Shown: positions 49,621-52,626 of the stretch, in pieces | Layout of the letters: each line of letters begins with the position of its first letter | Position numbering within the stretch: position 1 is the first letter of the stretch | Assembly: GCF_004010195.1 (NCBI RefSeq) | Contig: NW_025215376.1 | Coordinates: forward strand, 124,001 to 176,626 | Direction: 5' to 3' | Length of the DNA stretch: 52,626 bases | From: Chiloscyllium plagiosum | Lineage: Eukaryota | The notes under the pieces: model-generated | The model's input: the letters and a program-made list of their open reading frames with translations, nothing else | What the model was told of the DNA's origin: nothing | Database searches by the model: none | Translations under genes and position numbers: made by a program

Positions 49621-52136
49621 AGGTAACTTTGCCAAACTAATACCAGAATTCTCTGTTTGGTATCATGCGTGTTGAACTGAACTACTAACATCTAAACAGA
49701 ATTCCATAATCTTCTTTTGCGCAATATTGTTGGGTAACATGTTCAAATGTGTAAAGCTGTAATCTGTATTTGGTGTGTGATTTGACTCATATCCGAAATC
49801 CCTTGCTCACAGTGACAGTAGTCACTGTCATACTAATCAAGCACGCTTTGCAAGCACTACACGTGCATCTCCCACCCCATCCACAACCATAACCTCATTT
49901 ATACTAACCCAACTACAATCCTATCTATTCAATTCATTCAAAATTAAATGCAGTTGAAAGTTATGTACCTCGTGGAACACCCGTGGATATCCAACAATAT
50001 TTAGTTTTGTCATGCATTTGTTTATGGGCAGTGGATGTCGCTGGCTCAGTCAACATTCCTATGCATTTACAATGTTCCTGATGGTAGTACTAGTCCCACC
50101 TTCTAGAATGTCATCTCAAAACATTTTCACCTTTCCATGACTTCCTCTTTGCTCATTTCTGCCATTGTATACGTAGTTATTGTGATATCCATTTCATGCC
50201 CGTGGTGCACGCTGCTTCTCTGTGACATTACCGCTTTCCTGAGTCTGTGCAATGCAGCACAGAAGAGACTTTTCGGATGATCAAGTCTTTACAAGACGAC
50301 TCGAAACCTACACCAGCCCCTCTTTCCAGCACTTGGCCAGAAATGTTACCGCTGCTTCTGAAATATTTTACAAACGATGAAGCGTTCAATGCTGTATTTA
50401 AAGTAAACAATATCTGATTGTTGTGGATTTAATTAGAAAGATTAATAACCTTGTGAGGTTTCAGTGTGGAAATGAGTTGTCTATCTCCAGATCTGCAAAC
50501 GTGAGATTAATTTTGTAAATGCGAAATGAACTCAGATTGCAAGTTCTTACTTCTAAGTAATGGGCCCCAAATGCTGCCCTGGAACGGAGCGCCTAACTCC
50601 AGCAGTCTGTCAATTTCTTTCCCCTTTTAAGCTTCTTTCTTTATCTTATTCCTATTTTCTTCTGAATCTTGCATATCCCAAATCACTCATCTGGTGCGAT
50701 AGCTCACGCGGTTGTATATGCGTGGCATGAAACAAAGCAAGTCTTGAGAAGGAGAATTTCATGTGCATCTTCCTATCGATTTGTTTAAGCATTTGTATTT
50801 ATTCTAGATGCACGCAGTTCTTCATTTCCACCTTCCTCTTTCTACTGCCCTTAAAAGAATAAGGCAAATGCGAAAGAACTTCCTTTGCACATTTTAGGTG
50901 CCATCTATCTGGCAGAATACTTGAAACTCAGCTTTCCAAGTTAACGCTTCAGAAACAGTCCGGAATTTCACTGGTTTTACTTGAGCAGTTGCAACGTCTT
51001 TTGACAACAAAGGAGTTAGATATCCATGTCGTCAGATAGTAACGTGTCAGTTTTAAAATATCATATTAAATCATCAAAGACTGTTCAGACCACGACTTTT
51101 TTCAAAGGGAAGGGAGAAGTTTAGTCTCGGTGATTGGCGCAGGTGGTGTGTACGTGTGTGTGTGGTGGGTGGGAATCGAGTGCCTGAGTGGGGTTTTTCT
51201 CTATTATTTCTTCCTCTACTTTGACTCTTTAACTCTATTGCTGGCCAGATTAATAACCCCACATTTCATTTCCTAAATCACGCCAGTCAGCACATTTGTT
51301 GAATGTTGTAACAGTACATCACCCAATGTCATTGTATCTGACAGTGTGTCGACCCTTCTGCTCCTGCCATTGTCCACAAATAAGTATCTTTCCAAATCCT
51401 CATAGCTTCCATTTGCAATTTCATCATGCGTCTGTTCATTGTTTACTCCCGTTCACACGTGGACACCGTCACAAAACCAAAATTCAACTCAAATAATTTG
51501 TTTTGCTTCCATTGTAGTTCATACAGAGAGGGTATAAGCAAATGAACACTCTTCAGGATCATGAATGACTGGCCTTTTCCATGAGCTTCAAGCACGACAG
51601 TCCACAAAAAATTGCTTGCAATTAAATTTAGCAGTGCGGGAAAAATGCAACCATATGTTTCCTACTATAAGAAGAAAACTTGCAGAATACATACGAATAC
51701 ATGAGTTGGAATAAGGTGATATATCTCCGAGTACTTCTGTTGTACCATTTGCATTATGTAAAGCATTTATAAAATATTAAGGACAATTGCGATATTATAT
51801 ATTACTCAAATATTAATGTATAGTCTACGGCAGCTGCTGCAGTGAAATAAGAATTGAACCACTTCTGCACACGCTTATTTTCCTTTTGGGTGAACCACAT
51901 GCTAACCGTTAAGATGTAGAAATAAAATTGCAGCTTCTGTCCTACACAGACAAACAGGTAAACAGAGATTGGGTGGGTCAGTGGTTGGCAATGTTTTACA
52001 CAGAAATGGGAGCATTACTTTTCCAGAGTCTAACCCATTTGTTATGAGGGGTAACATTAGACCATCACTTAAGAGTTGAAAATGTGTTGCTGGAAAAGTG
52101 CAGCAGGTCAGGCAGCATCCGAGGAGCAGGAGAATC

Positions 52137-52164
52137 GACGTTTCGGGCATAAGCCCTTCTTCAG
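52137..52164 (-). ncRNA. Minimal hammerhead ribozyme-like core (left arm)
   Basis: Minus strand CTGAAGA-A-GGGC-TTAT-GCCC-GAAACGTC. Confidence 0.75.
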
Positions 52165-52579
52165 GAATGAGGAAAGTGTGCCCAGCAGGCTAAGATAAAA
52201 GGTAGGGAGGAGGGACTTGGGGGAGGGGCGTCGGAAATGTGATAGGTGGAAAGAGGTCAAGGTGAGGGTGATAGGTCAGACTGGGGTGGGGGCGGAGAGG
52301 TCGGGAAGAAGATTGCAGGTTAGGAAGGCGGTGCTGAATTCGATGGATTTGACTGAGACAAGGTGGGGGGAGGGGAAATACCTTGTCTCAGTCAAATCCA
52401 TCGAACTCAGCACCGCCTTCCTAACCTGCAATCTTCTTCCCGACCTCCCCGCCCCCACCCCAGTCTGACCTATCACCCTCACCTTGACCTCTTTCCACCT
52501 ATCACATTTCCGACGCCCCTCCCCCAAGTCCCACCTCCCTACCTTTTATCTTAGCCTGCTGGACAAACCTTCCTCATTC

Positions 52580-52607
52580 CTGAAGAAGGGCTTATGCCCG
52601 AAACGTC
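52580..52607 (+). ncRNA. Minimal hammerhead ribozyme-like core (right arm)
   Basis: CTGAAGA-A-GGGC-TTAT-GCCC-GAAACGTC. Confidence 0.75.
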
Positions 52608-52626
52608 GATTCTCCTGTTCCCTGGA

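Larger units (their letters stand above)
52078..52626. mobile_element. Young Penelope-derived fold-back element: ~245-bp inverted arms with a 15-nt spacer, running off the window end
   Basis: ~52116-52364 is the near-perfect reverse complement of 52380-52626; spacer ggggggaggggaaat at 52365-52379. Confidence 0.9.

Noticed and set aside
52217..52527. Two near-identical 83-aa ORFs on opposite strands
   Set aside because: A direct consequence of the DNA palindrome; no coding evidence.
1..52626. CRISPR arrays or prokaryotic/phage systems
   Set aside because: No regularly spaced repeat-spacer array or operon-like gene density; the content is vertebrate.

Overview
AT-rich vertebrate genomic DNA, inferred to be from a shark (elasmobranch) because of its HE1-type tRNA-derived SINEs, CR1 LINEs and Penelope-like elements. 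It has two assembly gaps (7675-7699, 33632-33794). The host content is a minus-strand tandem cluster of two-exon class A GPCR genes with GPR139/GPR142-like architecture: a 70-nt first exon encoding a very short N-terminus plus most of TM1, a phase-1 intron, and a ~900-nt second exon. The window holds five first exons and three second exons. These make one intact gene (49034-48965 + 44425-43524, 323 aa), one gene with a single nonsense codon (19584-19515 + 17606-16702), one multiply disabled pseudogene (35330-35261 + 29403-28504), one degenerate orphan first exon (26324-26262), and one intact first exon (533-464) whose second exon would lie left of the window. Four of the five first exons have a TATA box at the same offset from the start codon. 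Local segmental duplications built the cluster. The rest is dense in retroelements: CR1 fragments, Gmr1-like Gypsy fragments (gag-PR-IN order), a Tx1/L1-type insertion, seven HE1-type SINEs, a Penelope fragment, and several short or fold-back Penelope-derived elements carrying minimal hammerhead-ribozyme cores, several with clear target-site duplications (TSDs). All calls come from reading the sequence by eye; no database searches were run.
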